39,712 nucleotides of DNA. It comes from Chiloscyllium plagiosum (lineage: Eukaryota). The stretch lies in NCBI RefSeq assembly GCF_004010195.1, contig NC_057718.1, positions 68,976,918-69,016,629 of the forward strand. The letters run 5' to 3'. Position numbers and translations under genes: made by a program. Under the pieces are notes generated by a model, which saw nothing but the letters and a program-made list of their open reading frames with translations, had not been told where the DNA came from and ran no database searches. Below, piece after piece: positions 1-12,950 of the stretch; positions within the stretch are counted from its first letter, which is position 1, and each line of letters begins with the position of its first letter.

Positions 1-135
1 ACAGTTATCAGCTTTTCTAATAAAATCCATTAGTTATGCTGAGAGAACTTCCTTGAATCATTCAAGAAGAATTATTTTTGAAAACTTTATTGTTTACAAT
101 GTTAATGTTTTTATTAATTTGCATTTTTAATTTAG

Positions 136-292
136 ATTTTCAAAGATTTCTTTGAAGGTACCATCAATTTTGCTCCAACATACAAATATGATGTGGGCAC
201 AGATGTTTATGACACCAGTGACAAATGCAGAACTCCTGCTTGGACAGATCGAGTGCTGTTGTGGAGAAAAAATTGGTCCTGTGATACATTTG
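136..292 (+). CDS. SYNJ2: Synaptojanin-2 coding exon (5-phosphatase motif 2), 157 bp
   Basis: Acceptor tttag|ATT and donor G|gtatga. Translates [52 protein letters not shown], containing the PTYKYD...PAWTDRVL inositol 5-phosphatase signature. The IFKDF/YDVG/DKCRTP wording matches SYNJ2 as I recall it. Confidence 0.96.
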
Positions 293-939
293 GTATGATA
301 AAATTGAAATATTAATCTAATATTTAAATAGATTAAATATTATCTAAATATTAATATTAAACTAAAATTGTTTAATATCTAAAGAAGTAACTGTTGTAAT
401 AGTCATATCTTTTAATGTTGTCATGATTTTTAAGCGACAAGGTAGTTGCCTTCAGAAGATAGAGCCAATTTACCTATGCAGGGAATCCTCACTGTTCATA
501 GGAGGTACATTTCGGAAAATCTGATGAATAGTCAGATTTAGACACCAGATGAATAATGTAATTAAGGGGGTGGGCTATGTCAGGGCGAATTCTTTAAGTT
601 GCCTTTGTTTGGATAATCAAGGACTTTTATTCTGTTAATTATTCATCTTCATGTACTGTACACAAAACATACAGGCTTTTAAACAGTTTTAAACATGTTT
701 ACTTTAATTCTTACCTTGGAAAAGTGACTGTTTGGCTTGCTGGGAGCAAGTGTTATTTCTGCATTTATGTCTTTTTACCTGTCATCTTCATTTAGAGGCC
801 TGACAGTCCTGGTTTTTCCCAAGACTGGTTTGACTTGAGAAGGTTTAAGAGTTGTTACTCTTTTAAAGAAAATGTCTAGAATTGACTGTTTTGCTTCACA
901 CAACTTGGCATCGTAAATCTATTGATAACATGACAAGCT

Positions 940-2640
940 GTCATTAACAAACCGTGGTACTTTGGCTGATTGATCTGCCAGATGATCATGACATCCAAGA
1001 ATATTCAGGGCCTCATCATTGTGCCTGAAAGCATCTTACAGACCCTTTGTGATCAGGTCTTTTTCATGTTCTAGTGGTCCATTATCACCTGCATCATCTT
1101 AAGTCTCTTCACACAATGCTTGTGAATCCATCTCTACCAGGTCCGCATTACTGAGTGGCTTGGAATGGGACTTGAGTAAGTGTGCAACATCATTCTTTCC
1201 TCCCTCAAGGCCCACCTAATGTCCCAGATTTACTAACTCACTATGAATGGTGGTCAGTTCGTTGCCAACCTAGTAGTTCACTGCCGCTGGGAATGACTTC
1301 TTCCATTCACTGTTCATGTGATGAAGCAGAACTTTGTCCTATACAGTACCAGTGACGTTCACAGCATCCATGATGTTAAATTGCTTCCGGATGGCTTGGA
1401 CAGATGGCATCCCTTCATCAGTTTTATTGTTGTGAGTCCAGAAAGTCTTACAGAGATGGTAGACTTTAAATCTCACTCTGATTCTCTCGTCCATTGGCTG
1501 TATGATGGATGCGATTTACAAAGGTAGGAACATGATTTGGGCATTTGGACAAAGGATCTCATAGTCCAAATTGTGAGCAATGGCATTGTCCAAAATGAGA
1601 AGAATCTTAAATGTCAAAATTTCCTTGGCAAAATAGTACTTCATCTTAGTACAAAGTAGTCCATGGACCCAGTCATGTAATAGCTGCCTTATTATCCATG
1701 CCCTATGGTGCAATTTGCAGGTGATGGGCAGACATGATTTTTTTAATTGTACGTGGGTTTTCACCATGACAAGTGATCATAGGTTTCAGCTTCTTGTCAC
1801 CTTTTGCAATGCTGCCTGGCAACAGAGTGAGACGTCTGTTCAGAGCCTTAAAACTAGAAGCACTTTTCTCATTAATAGCACTATAGGTCCTTGATAGCAT
1901 TCATATCAGTATAGACTCATCTCATCTGCATGGGAAATTTGACGAGCATCCTAGGATGGCATGGTGGCTCAGTGGTTAGCACTGCTGCCTCACAACACCA
2001 GGGTCCCAGGTTCGATTCCAGCCTCTGGCAACTGTCAGTGTGGAGTTTGCACATTCTCCCTGTGTCTGCGTGGGTTTCCTCTGGGTGCTCCGGTTTCCTC
2101 CCACAATCCAAAGGTGTGCAGGTCAGGTGAATTGCCCATGGTCAATTTCCCATAGTGTTAGGTGCATTAGTCAGAGAGAAATGGGTCTGGGTGGATTACT
2201 CTTCAGAGGGACTGGTTGGGCGGAGGGCCTGTTTCCACACCGTAGGGAATCTAATCTTAATCAATTTCTAAACTTCTCCAGAAATGTATCAGCAGCATTG
2301 GTGTCAGTACTTGCAGCTTTCCCTGCACATATATTTTCTTAAAGCTGTATCAAGGCTGGAAAAGACTAAACCAGCCCTTGCCCTTACCAAAGGTTTCTTC
2401 TTTCTCACAGAGATTTATAGTAGGGCTCCCTCCTTCATCTCTTTTGTTATTTTCATAAAGACTGATAACTTCTGCTGGGATAAAGACGAGGCTGATCGGC
2501 GTGTTGTTCACATGAAGATTGTCATCACATCACTAATCTGTTTTCCATTACCTCCCCATTACCTGGCTGTGCTGGTGTGTTATCATTGCATTGAATGAAA
2601 CACAGCATGTTTGGCTTTCTCATTGATCTTGTTGCTCTTT
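940..2640 (-). mobile_element. Decayed Tigger/pogo (Tc1-mariner superfamily) DDE transposase fossil, split by a SINE
   Basis: Frameshifted minus-strand fragments in pogo order: GKAASTDTNAADTF, QISHADE, SRTY..EKSASSFKALNRRLTLL, AWIIRQLLHDW...KILLILDNAIAH...FLP, SIIQPMD...FK. Confidence 0.85.
1954..2262 (+). mobile_element. HE1-like tRNA-derived SINE
   Basis: A box tggctcagtgg, B box ggttcgattcc, central gtgtggagtttgcacattctccc domain and aatct tail; same family as 5191 and 6889. Confidence 0.9.
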
Positions 2641-3974
2641 CCCAGAATCAAATGGTTGGTGGCAGCAATCTAAGATGGTGAGCAATGTTGACAGTATGAT
2701 TACTACTTCTGTTAATTAAGTCTAATTTCACATCATGAGTCACAATTTTACGCTGTCACTTATGTTGAGAAGATTCAACATTTACTCTAGTGATGCATTT
2801 TCCTGCCATGGTCACACGATACATGGATTAACATGATAAAATCAAAGAACAGTCTCACAGTAAACTTTCACTGAGAGTTATGAGCACAAATAGCATCAAA
2901 AAGGAACGCTGTGCAGAAGTTGCTGTGACATTGTATCATGCAAAAGGTGCTGGGAGCACTTGACAATATGCCAAAGTAGCAATGTAAGGAATAAACAGCT
3001 GAACAATTAGTGAAAATTGTTCCCTAAAATAATAGGAATGCATATGCAAAAAAATTTATATTGGTTCAACAAAATGCATCGACCTGCTGTTTATGAATTT
3101 TTTGAAAAATGTTTGATGTTATTAATGTAAATAATGAGCAATAACTTTCAATTATGTATATTTGACACTTTTTGATGACTTATTAGTTGATCTTTGGTTT
3201 TACTGTTCACAGATTTAATTGAACTATATATGTATGCCAAATATTATGATTCTAGTTGTCATTACCATTGGACAAGTCAAATCCCAGAATGAAACCTGAC
3301 TTGATAGATCAATTTTTTTAAAAAAAAATTGTTGGTCATTCACAGATACACAGGCACATAAGCCTCCAGATTTTCTTTTAAAACAGAATATAGTTTTATT
3401 ATAATAAAACAAATCAAGCTATTGAAACATAGTATATAGTTTGAAAAACTTAAAAACACATGGCAAAACAAAATCTAGTGCATTCCCTAATACCATAGCT
3501 TCATAGTGAATCAGTTCTAGAGAAATTCTTATGTATCAAATCTTAAAGTTCGACTTAACAACTTCTTTCCACTTCTGTCCTGTGATCTGTGAATACTGTT
3601 AAGTGAATACTCACAAAACAAAAAACTTCAATTTTCTTAGTCTTTTGATAATCAGCCTATTATCGAAATCTGGCTTGGAAGTTTCATAAACTTACACTTT
3701 TAATTTAGGATAACTGTGCATTCCCTGAATTATCCTATGCTTCTTTCTTGGAGAGAAACTATATTTACTTCTGATCCCAGTCAGGTGTCGTCCAGTACTG
3801 CGTCCTAAAAGCTTTCAGTCTCAGGGCTTTTCTAAGCTTAAAATCAATACTTCCTTGCCCTAAATCAGAGGCAAGCTTAGTCCTTTCAATGTTTACTATT
3901 GTAAACCCCTCCGTGTAAACAAACAATCAAAGTTTTTGATTTTATTTAGAACTCCTCATAAAAGTAAAGGTCCC

Positions 3975-6080
3975 TTAAACTTCCCAATATTGACTGGGAA
4001 TCCCTTAGAGCAAGAGGCTTAAGACTGGGCTGCATTTATTAAGTGCATCCAAGAGGGTTTCTTAAAATAGTATCTGGATAGTTCAACTAGAGGAGGGGCC
4101 ATACTGGACCTTGTACTGGCTAATAAAACTGGCCAGGTGACTGACCATTCAGTGGGAAAGCATTTTGGAAATGGTGATCACAACTTAAGCTTTAAGATAA
4201 CTGTGAATTAGGGTAAGTCAGGACCCTGCGGGACGGTATCAAACTGGGAAAGGGCAAATTACTTTAGTATTGGGCAGGAGCTAGGGAGTGTTGATTGGGT
4301 GGAGCTGTAATCGGGCAAGTCCACATTTGACACGGGAGAGTTGTTTAAAGACGTACTGATCAGAGTTCAGGACCAGCATGTTCCAGTAAAGAGTATGAGG
4401 ATGAGAAAGACAGTATGAGGATGGTAAGGTGAGGGACTCTTGGATAACAAGGGAAGCTCTGAATTTAATCAAAAGGATAAAAGAAGTTAACATTAGACAG
4501 TGCTCAGATAAAGAAAACAGGAAAGAACTCAAACAGGTAATTAGGAGAGCAAGAAGGGGCCATGAAATGACCTTGGCAAGGAGGGTTAAAGAGAATCCCA
4601 AGACATTCTATACATACATGAAAAACAAGAGGCTAATCAGAGAGAAGGTAGGACCGCTCAAGAATAAAGGAGGGAAATTATGCTTGGAGATAGGAGTTGT
4701 GGGTGAGATCCTAAATGAGTATTTTGCATCCATATTCATCCAGGAGAATGATATAGTGGATAGTGAGATTTGTGTGGAGCATGCTGATATGCTTGGGCAT
4801 TTTGAAATCAAGAAGGAAGTGGTGTTGGGTCTCTTGAAGAGCATTAAGGTGGATAAGTCCCCAGGACCTGATCGTATCTACCCCAGGTTTTTGAGGGAGG
4901 CGAGAGAGGAGATTACTAGCGCCTCGATCAAGGTCTTTGTATCCTCTCTAGCCACTGGAGAAGTCCCAGATGACTGGTGAGTACCTAATGTTAATCCTCT
5001 GTTCAAGAAGGGAAACTATAATCTGGGGAGTCTCACAGCAGTGGTTGTGAAGTTATTAGAAATAACTCTTAAGGATGGGATTTACACACACTTGGAAAAG
5101 TGTGACCCGATTAGGGACAGTCAGCATGGCTTTGTGCAGGGCAGGTCATGTCGTAGTAACTTGATGAGTTTTTCAACGAGGCGACAAAGGGCTCGGTGGG
5201 CTGCACGGTGGCACAGTGGTTAGCACTGCTGCCTCACAGCGCCAGAGACCCGGGTTCAATTCCCGCCTCAGGCGACTGACTGTGTGGAGTTTGCACGTTC
5301 TCCCCGTGTCTGCGTGGGTTTCCTCCGGGTGCTCCGGTTTCCTCCCATCATCCAAAGATGTGCAGGGTCAGGTGAATTGGCCATACTAAAATTGCCCGTA
5401 GTGTTAGGTAAGGGGTAAATGTAGGGGTATGGGTGGGTTTCGCTTCGGCGGGTCGGTGTGGACTTGTTGGGCCGAAGGGCCTGTTTCCACACTGTAATCT
5501 AATCTAAATCTAAAAAGGTGATCAATAAGGGTAGAGCAGTGGATGTTGTCTACCTGGATTTTAGTAAGGCTTTAACAAGGTCCCTCATGGGAGTCTCATC
5601 CAAAAGATTAACGTGCATGGGATCCAGGGTGACTTGGCTGCATGGATTTAGAATTGGCTTGCCCATGAAAGACAGAGGGTGGTGATGGAAGGGTGTTTTT
5701 TAGACTGGAGGTCCGTGACTAGTGATCTGCAGAGATCCTTACTGGGACCTCTGCTGTTTGTGATATATCCTAAATGACATCGATGAAAAGGTGGATGGTA
5801 GGTTAGTAAGTTTGCAGACGATACAAAGATCGGTGGAGTTGTGGACAGTGTAGAAGGTTGTAAAAGGATACAGCGGAATATAGATCAGTTGTAGATATGG
5901 GCAGAGAAATGGCATATGGAGTTTAATCCAGGTAAGTGTGAAGTGCTGCACTTTGGAAGATCATATTAGGGAAAAGTATACAGTTACTGTCAGGACCATG
6001 AACAGCATTGATGTGTTTAGTTTAATTTGGCATCATGTTCAGCACAATATCATGGACCAGATGATTTGTACTGTTCTATG
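3975..6080 (+). mobile_element. CR1 LINE ORF2 fragment (endonuclease end to RT, internal deletion, 3' tail)
   Basis: ORF 4429-4980 (KENPKTFY, LNEYFASIF, DKSPGPD), then QHGFVQGRSC, YLDFSKA, KFADDTK; ends gtactgttctatg. Confidence 0.9.
5191..5513 (+). mobile_element. HE1-like SINE inserted in the CR1 RT
   Basis: Full tRNA head, body and (aatct) tail. Possible TSD AAAGG at 5186-5190 and 5514-5518; the CR1 reading resumes across the insertion. Confidence 0.92.
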
Positions 6081-6570
6081 GTTAGCCAATGTTCATATGA
6101 TACTGATTTGAAATCCAAACTCTAAAAATATTAAAATCGCACAGTGTTTACATTAGCGCTGTGTTACGAAATAAATGTGTTTTTTCCCTTCTTTCTTTTC
6201 AGACTAAGTTCTTGCCACTCCTCTCCACACAGCTTCCACCTTAAGTAGTTGATTAGGCTGCTTGCGGATCAGTTACCGTTTCACGAGGAGTTGAATTTAA
6301 TTTTCTGTCCATCTAATATCTATTTTCCTCATGACACTTCATGTAGGCAGATTTTGGAATAACTTATTTCTTTGCACAATCTTGCCTATCCTTGAAGGTG
6401 TAGTCATGACACATGTAAGAGCTCATCATTCAAAACTTCCCATAGGAAAACATAATGATATTCTATTGAAGAAATAAGGCTGTTAATTTACTCAAGATAA
6501 GTAACTTTAATTTTAAAGTAAATAAACAATGTGCAATCAACCATCAGTATTTTCGATTTCCTCTATTTAG

Positions 6571-6682
6571 GGATCGATTTAAGGGGATGTGAATATGAAG
6601 CTGGGACAGAAGAGAAGAAAATGTGGCCTCCTGCTGATTTGCTATATTATGGGAGAGCAGAGTTGAAAGCCTCTGACCATAA
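6571..6682 (+). CDS. SYNJ2: Synaptojanin-2 coding exon, 112 bp
   Basis: Acceptor ctctatttag|GG and donor AA|gtatgt; phase-compatible with the previous exon. Translates (G)IDLRGCEYEAGTEEKKMWPPADLLYYGRAELKASDH(K). Confidence 0.93.
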
Positions 6683-6888
6683 GTATGTGATTGTGATTGA
6701 TACTGTATTCTGGATGTCAAAGAGAGTTTAGGCAGAATTGCAATTAGCAGAATTATTTTGTGAGAATTTCTCATTCACTGAAATGAATCTTTTGCAAGTG
6801 TTTCTTGCATTTTTATTTTAATTATTCAGAGGAGCTTGAGAAGTCAGTCTAAATTACAGTGTGACTTATTGCTTTTGCTTTTAGCTTT

Positions 6889-7205
6889 GGGCGGCACGGT
6901 GGCACAGTGGTTAGCACTGCTGCCTCAGCGCCAGAGACCCGGGTTCAATTCCCGCCTCAGGCGACTTACTGTGTGGAGTTTGCACGTTCTCGCCATGTCT
7001 ACGTGGGTTTCCTCCGGGTGCTCCGGTTTCCTCCCACAGTCCAAAGATGTGCAGGTCAGGTGAATTGGCCATGCTAAATTGCCCGTAGTGTTAGGTAAGG
7101 GGTAAATGTATGGGTGGGTTGCGCTTCGGCGGGGCGGTGTGGACTTGTTGGGCCGAAGGGCCTGTTTCCACACTGTAAGTAATCTAATCTAATCTAATCT
7201 AATCT
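6889..7205 (+). mobile_element. HE1-like SINE, apparently young
   Basis: gggcggcacggtggcacagtgg head, many CpGs retained, (AATCT)5 tail at 7181-7205. Confidence 0.93.
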
Positions 7206-8438
7206 TTCTTTCGTGCTAACGAATGTGGGTAGACCTGGCGATGAGAATTCAGTGAATTTGACACTATACTGAATACCGAAAGGATAAATTTTGACAAAAC
7301 TGTCAGTGTATTAAATGATGGTGAATTCTGAAACTCCTCTGCCTGTTTAATTTAGGACCTTTCATATGCAGCCCATGTTTCCCCACATTGGATTAAAAGA
7401 ACCAATCTTGCTGCCATCTCTTGCTCAGTGTAGCATTGCTTGGTGTTCTTAGATGGTTCTTTGAGACAGAGAATTACTTTCTTCCTCAGATGAGTCCTGA
7501 GGTGACTAACTGCAATTACATGGGTTGGGGCTAAATCCACGCAATCATTGCTGATAGAGGTTAACTGGCTGCCAACCTTGATTGAACAGCAACAGCTCAA
7601 AACGATGGTGAAGCCAGCAGGGGTTTAGCCTTCTGGCATTACTTGATGGTGTGGACTGCAATGGCTGGAATTTGGCAATGAGGGTATTAACCACTCCAAA
7701 CCACTCCACACCATCAAGGCAACAGCTGGCAATGTTCCTGTCCTGTGATAGAACAGCAGGTCTTCAAAGTAATCGAGCAGTGAAACTGAATAACTTCAGT
7801 CATCTGCAGGTGAGTGAGAATTGCATGTAACAAGCCACCTCAAAGTGAGCTTTCACTACTTAATAGGTGATTTCCAACTTCTTAGACCTTGCTGAGCTGC
7901 ACAGTCCTGCTAGTGAGGTCTTGTGGTTAGCATCCGTGTCTCTGGCCCAGAGTCTCTTGCGTTTAGATTCCACCTCAGATCTTGATGGCCACGAAAGGTA
8001 TCTCATAATGTGGCCAATATATCTGATACATTTACAGCAGGCATTAAGAGTGGAAGACCTGGTCAGTTGGAACAGTATGGCAGCTGCAGGCCAACAGCCT
8101 TCCCACGGTAAAAGACTCCGTGTGCAGGTTCCTGCCATCAGCAGAGCCCCTCCTCGTTGAGAGAGACAATGATGCAAAGTGCGGGACAATAAATTTTATT
8201 GCATTAATTTCCTGTTACTGTATCACATTTTCAGTCATGTACCTTTGTGGAAATTTGGACTAGAATAGAATACCCTATCATTTCAAATGCCATTTTTAAT
8301 GGTTAAGTAATTCCATTTGAAAACAGATTTGGGTACACTGTAGTTGCGTTTGGCAGTCTTTAGGTGGCAGTGTAGCTCTATTAAATCCTCTGACACATCC
8401 TGTTTGTAGACAATCTAAAATCCAACATATAATACCTC

Positions 8439-9190
8439 GAGTCATAGAGCTATACAGCACAGAAACAGACCCTTCGGTCCAACTCATCCACATCTACCAG
8501 ATATCCTAAACTGATTGAGTCCCGTTTGCCAGCATTTGGTCCATAACCCGATAAACCCTTCTCATTCATATACCCATCCTGAGGCCTTTTAAATGTTGTA
8601 ATTGTACCCACCTCCATCACCTCCTCTGGCAGCTCATTTTTACACACACCATCCTCTGCGTGAAAAGGTTGCCCCTCAGGTCCCTTTTAATTTTTTCCTG
8701 TCTCACCTTAAACCTATGCCCTCTAGTTTTGGACTCCCCTATCCTGGAAAAAAGACCTTGGGTATTCACCTTATCTGTGCTCGTGATTTTATAATCCTCC
8801 ATAAGGTCACACCTCAGCCTCCAATACTGCAGGGAGAAAATCCCCAGCTTATTCAGCCTCTCCCTCTAGCTCAAACCCTCCAATCCCGGCAACACGCTCA
8901 TAAATTTCTCTGAACCTTTACTATAGCAGGGAGACCAGAATTAAATGGAGTATTCTAAAAGTGGCCTCACCAATGTCCTGTACAGCTGCAACATGACATC
9001 CCAAGTCCTATAATCAATGTACTGAACAATGAAGGTGAGCATATCAAATGCCGCCTTCACCATCTTGTTGACCTACTTTCAAGGAACTATGCACCTGCAC
9101 CTATAGGTCTCTTTGTCCAGCAACACTCCCCAATGCCCTACCTTCACCGTATAAGTCCTGTCCTGCTTTGCCTTCCCAAAATGCAATAAC
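8439..9190 (-). mobile_element. CR1 LINE 3' portion
   Basis: Minus-strand ORFs with ESKTRGHRFKV and NELPEEV...FKR..DGYMN, typical of the CR1 ORF2 C-terminus, plus a tatgactc tail. Confidence 0.88.
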
Positions 9191-9541
9191 TTCTATATGT
9201 CAATTAAATTGAGTTTGCTTTTTGAAAAAGTAGAAAGCATCTCTTTGCAGTGTATATATGACACAACACTATTGTACACTTAGCATAATGCACAAAAGCA
9301 CATTTGTAACACATTCAATCATCAGCCCCCCATATAAATTTCACTTTGCTTGATGTACATTTTTACCTCATCATTTTATCTTCAACAATTTTGCCTACCA
9401 AATTATAATTCACAGAAACATTTGGTACTTGATATCATTGTATGCAAATTTTACTCCACTGCTTCAAGTGTTGCAAGTTGAGAGTGACTTGAAAAGTTTT
9501 GGTGTATTCTAGGCATTAGTGATGCCTAGTATACACCAGGC

Positions 9542-10990
9542 ATGTCAGGGAGGGTCCCAGAGGACTGGAAAATTGCTGACGTGACACCCCTGTTTGAAAA
9601 GGGAGTAAGGCAAAAGACAGTAAATTACAGGCAGATTAGCCTAATCTTGGTCATGGCTAAGATTTTGGAATCCATTGTGAAGGATGAGATTTCTGAATAC
9701 TTGGAAGAGTATGGTAAAATAGGGCAAAGTCAGCATGGTTTCATCAAGGGGAGGTCATGTCTGACGAATCTGCTAAAGTTCTTAGAGGAAGTAACAAGCA
9801 GGGCAGATCAAGGAAAGTCAATGAATGTTATCTATCTGGACTACAAGAAAGCCTTTGACAAGGTGCCACACAGTAAGATCTTACTGAGTAACTTAAGGGC
9901 CCATAGTATTAGAAACAAGATAGAATCATGGCTGTCTGGCAGAAAGCAGAGAGTGGGGATAAAAGGGTCTTTCTCAACATGGCAACTGGTGACAAGTGGT
10001 GTTCCACAAGGATCAGTATTGGGACCACAACTTTTCACTTTATGTATTAACAATCTAGACGAAGGAACTGAGAGCCTTCTGGCTAAGTTTGCAGATGTTA
10101 CAAAGAGAGACAGGTAGTGTTGGAGAGGTAGGGAGGCTGTAGAAGGATTTGGACAGGTTAGGAGAGTGGGCAAAGAGGTGGCAAATGCAGTACAAAGTGG
10201 GAAAGCGTGAGGTCCTGTACTTTGGTAAGAAGAATAGAGGCATAGACTATTTTCTAAGTGGGGAGAAAATTCAGAAGTCTGAAGTGCAAAGAGACTTGGG
10301 AGTTCTAGTCCAGTGTTCTTTCAAGGTAAACTCGCAGGTTCAGTCAGTAGTTAGGAAGGCAAATGCAATGTTGGCATTTATTTTGAGAGGACTTGAATAC
10401 AAAAGCAGGGTGTACTTCTGAGGCACTGTATAAGGCTCTGGTTACACCACATTTGGAGTATTGTGCGCAATTTTGGGTCCCATATCACAGGAAGGATATA
10501 CTGGCTCTGGAGCGTGATCAGAGAAGATTCACGAGAATAGTCCCATTAATGAAAAGCTTAACATATGAGGAATGTTTGAGGACTCTGGTCTATACTCGAT
10601 GAAGTTTAGAAGGATGAGGGGGAATCTAATTCAAACTTACAGAATACTGAATGGCCTGGACAGAGTGGATGTTGAGAGGATGTTTCCATTGGTAGGAGAG
10701 ACTAGGACCTGAGGGCACAGCCTTAGAGTAAAGGGAAGACCTTTTAGAATAGAGATAAGGAGAAACTTCTTCAGCCAGAGTGGTGAAACTATGCAATTCA
10801 TTATAACAGAAGGCTATGGAGGCCAGGTCATTAAGCATATTAAAGATGGAGATAGATAGGTTTTTGATTGTCAAGAGGATCAAGGGCTACAGGAAGAAAG
10901 TGGGAGAATGGCTTATCAGCCATGATTGAATGTCGGAGCAGACCTGATTGGCTGAATGGCCTAATTTCTGCTCCTATGTTTTATGGTCTT
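9542..10990 (+). mobile_element. CR1 LINE, 5'-truncated (RT to 3' end)
   Basis: ORF 9542-10117 contains [52 protein letters not shown] and KFAD; tail cctatgttttatggtctt. Confidence 0.93.
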
Positions 10991-11326
10991 AAATGAAGGG
11001 TTAGATCTTTGCTGAATTGTGTAGACTAAAGGGGATCTTTAAAAAGGACTGAGCTGGGATTTGATTCTGGGATTCCTAAGCGTCATTCTTTTTATCTAAC
11101 TGTGGGATGTGGACATTTTTGGTTAAATGAGCCAGTTGCCCATCCCTAATTACCCTTTAGAAGGTGGCGGTTATCTTTTCCACTGTAACTATGAATGAAG
11201 GAATACACACAGTGCTAGGACTCCAGGACTTTGATCCAATGAAAATGACAGAATACTTATGTAGCTCCAACTTGGGATAGAGTGACTTACAGCTCGTGGT
11301 ACTCAAATGCATCAATTGCCCTTGTA

Positions 11327-11680
11327 CATAGAACATAGAACATTACAGCGCAGTACAGGTTAGTCGGCTCTCGATGTTGCGCTGACCTATGAAAACAATC
11401 TAAAGGCCATCTAGATTACACTATTCTATTTTCATCCGTTTAAATGCCCTTGAAGTTGGCAAGTCTACTACTGTTGCAAGCAGTGCACTCCATGCTCCTC
11501 CTAATCTCTGAGTAAAGAAACTACCTCTGACATCTGTCCTATATCTATCACCCTTTCAATTTAAAGCTATTCCCCTCATACTAGCCATCACCATCCGAGG
11601 AACAAGGCTCTCATTGTCCACCCTATCTAACCCTCTGACTATCTACTATTAAGTAACCTCTCAACCTTCTTCTCTCTAAT
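11327..11680 (-). mobile_element. CR1 3' end (subfamily with (TTCTATG)n tail)
   Basis: Starts acatagaacatagaacattacagcgcagtacagg; clearly similar to copies at 18457, 20220 and 23160. Confidence 0.85.
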
Positions 11681-11852
11681 GATCTTGCAATTGGTAGTGA
11701 TTACAGGTTTGGAAGATGCTGTCAACAGACCATTGGTGAATTCCTGCAGTCTGTCTTGTAGATGGTGCACACTGCTGCCAATGAGCATCAACTGTGGAGG
11801 GAATGAATGTTCAAGGTAGTATGGAGTGCCAATCCAATGGCTGTATTATCCT

Positions 11853-12950
11853 AAGACCATAAGGAAAAGGAACAGGAGTAAACCATTTGGTCCCTTGAGG
11901 AAGTGAGGACTGCAGATGCTGAAGACCAGAGTTGAAAAATGTGGTGCTGGAAAAACACAGCAGGCCAGGCAGCATCCGAGGAGCAGGAAAATTGACGTTT
12001 TGGGCATAAGCCTGAAGAAGGGCTTATGCCCAAAACGTCGATTCTCCTGCTCCTCGGATGCTGACTGGCCTGCTGTGTTTTTCCAGCACCACATTTTTCA
12101 ACATTTGGTCCCTTGAGCCTGCCCTGCCATCGTATAGGATCATGGCTGATCTGGCAGTCTTCACATCCACTTTCCTACATTTTCTGTGCAATCCTTTATT
12201 CCCCTATTGATCAAGAATCTATCTATCTCAGCCTTAAATATACACAACAGCTCTTCCCCCACAGCTCTCCCGTTGACGAATTGTTCCAAAGACACTTAAT
12301 CTTCTGAGTGAAGACATTCCTCCTCATCTCAGTCTTAAATTAGCATCCCTGTATCCTGAGACTTTGTCCTCTTATTCTAGACTCTGTCATAGGGGGAAAC
12401 ATCTTCTCAGCATTTACCCTGTCAAGTCCTTTAAGAATTCTGTATTACAATGAGGTAACCTCTCTTCTTTTAAATTCCAATGATTAGAGTCTCAACCTGT
12501 TTAACCTTTACGCATGAGACAATCCCTCAATTTGTCGTAGTGAACCTTTTCTGAACTGCTTCCAATGAAATATCTTCCCTTAAATAGAGACCGAAACTAC
12601 TCCAGTACTCAGATGTGATCTCTCCAACACCTTGTGCATTGCATTAAGACTTCCCTATGGTTACACTCTAAACCTATTGAACTAAGGGCCACCATTCCAT
12701 TAGCCTTTCTGATTAACTGTTGCACTTGTAAGCTAGCATTCTGTGTTTTGTGCACAAGTACCCACATCCCCACTCCCAGTCCTTTTGTGTTGTAGCTTTC
12801 TGCAGTTTTTTCTTCATTTAAAAAATACTCTTTTCTTTTGTTCTCCATTCCAAAGTGATCTTCATGTTTTTCTACATTATATTCCTTGTGACCACTTATT
12901 TAACCTATCACTATTTCTCTGTAAACTGTATCCCTCTCACAACTTGCCCT
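11853..12950 (-). mobile_element. CR1 3' portion, host of a fold-back insertion
   Basis: Tail gaccataagg...; minus-strand ORF 12609-12848 with QQLIRKANGM..IGLE..REV, a CR1 ORF2 motif. Confidence 0.8.
11900..12101. mobile_element. Fold-back element with hammerhead-like core (copy A)
   Basis: Inverted arms of about 80 bp (11931-12011 and 12021-12102). 16-bp TSD CATTTGGTCCCTTGAG at 11884-11899 and 12102-12117. Core CTGAAGA-AGGGCTTATGCCC-AAAAC-GTC at 12012-12038. Confidence 0.88.

Noticed and set aside
300..380. AT-rich imperfect hairpin next to the donor (aatattaatcta...tagattaaatatt)
   Set aside because: Expected by chance in near-pure AT sequence.
1917..2342. Recurrent ORFs such as MVAQWLALL... 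and ...RKPEHPEETHAD...
   Set aside because: Chance translations of SINE copies, not genes.
3225..3970. AT-rich block with an LTR-like look
   Set aside because: No terminal motifs or TSD could be established.
6889..6960. tRNA-like A and B boxes
   Set aside because: SINE heads continuing into SINE body and tail; no standalone tRNA.
7280..8190. GC-richer block with overlapping 97-109 aa ORFs, possibly Harbinger Myb-like
   Set aside because: No convincing motif or termini; left unassigned.
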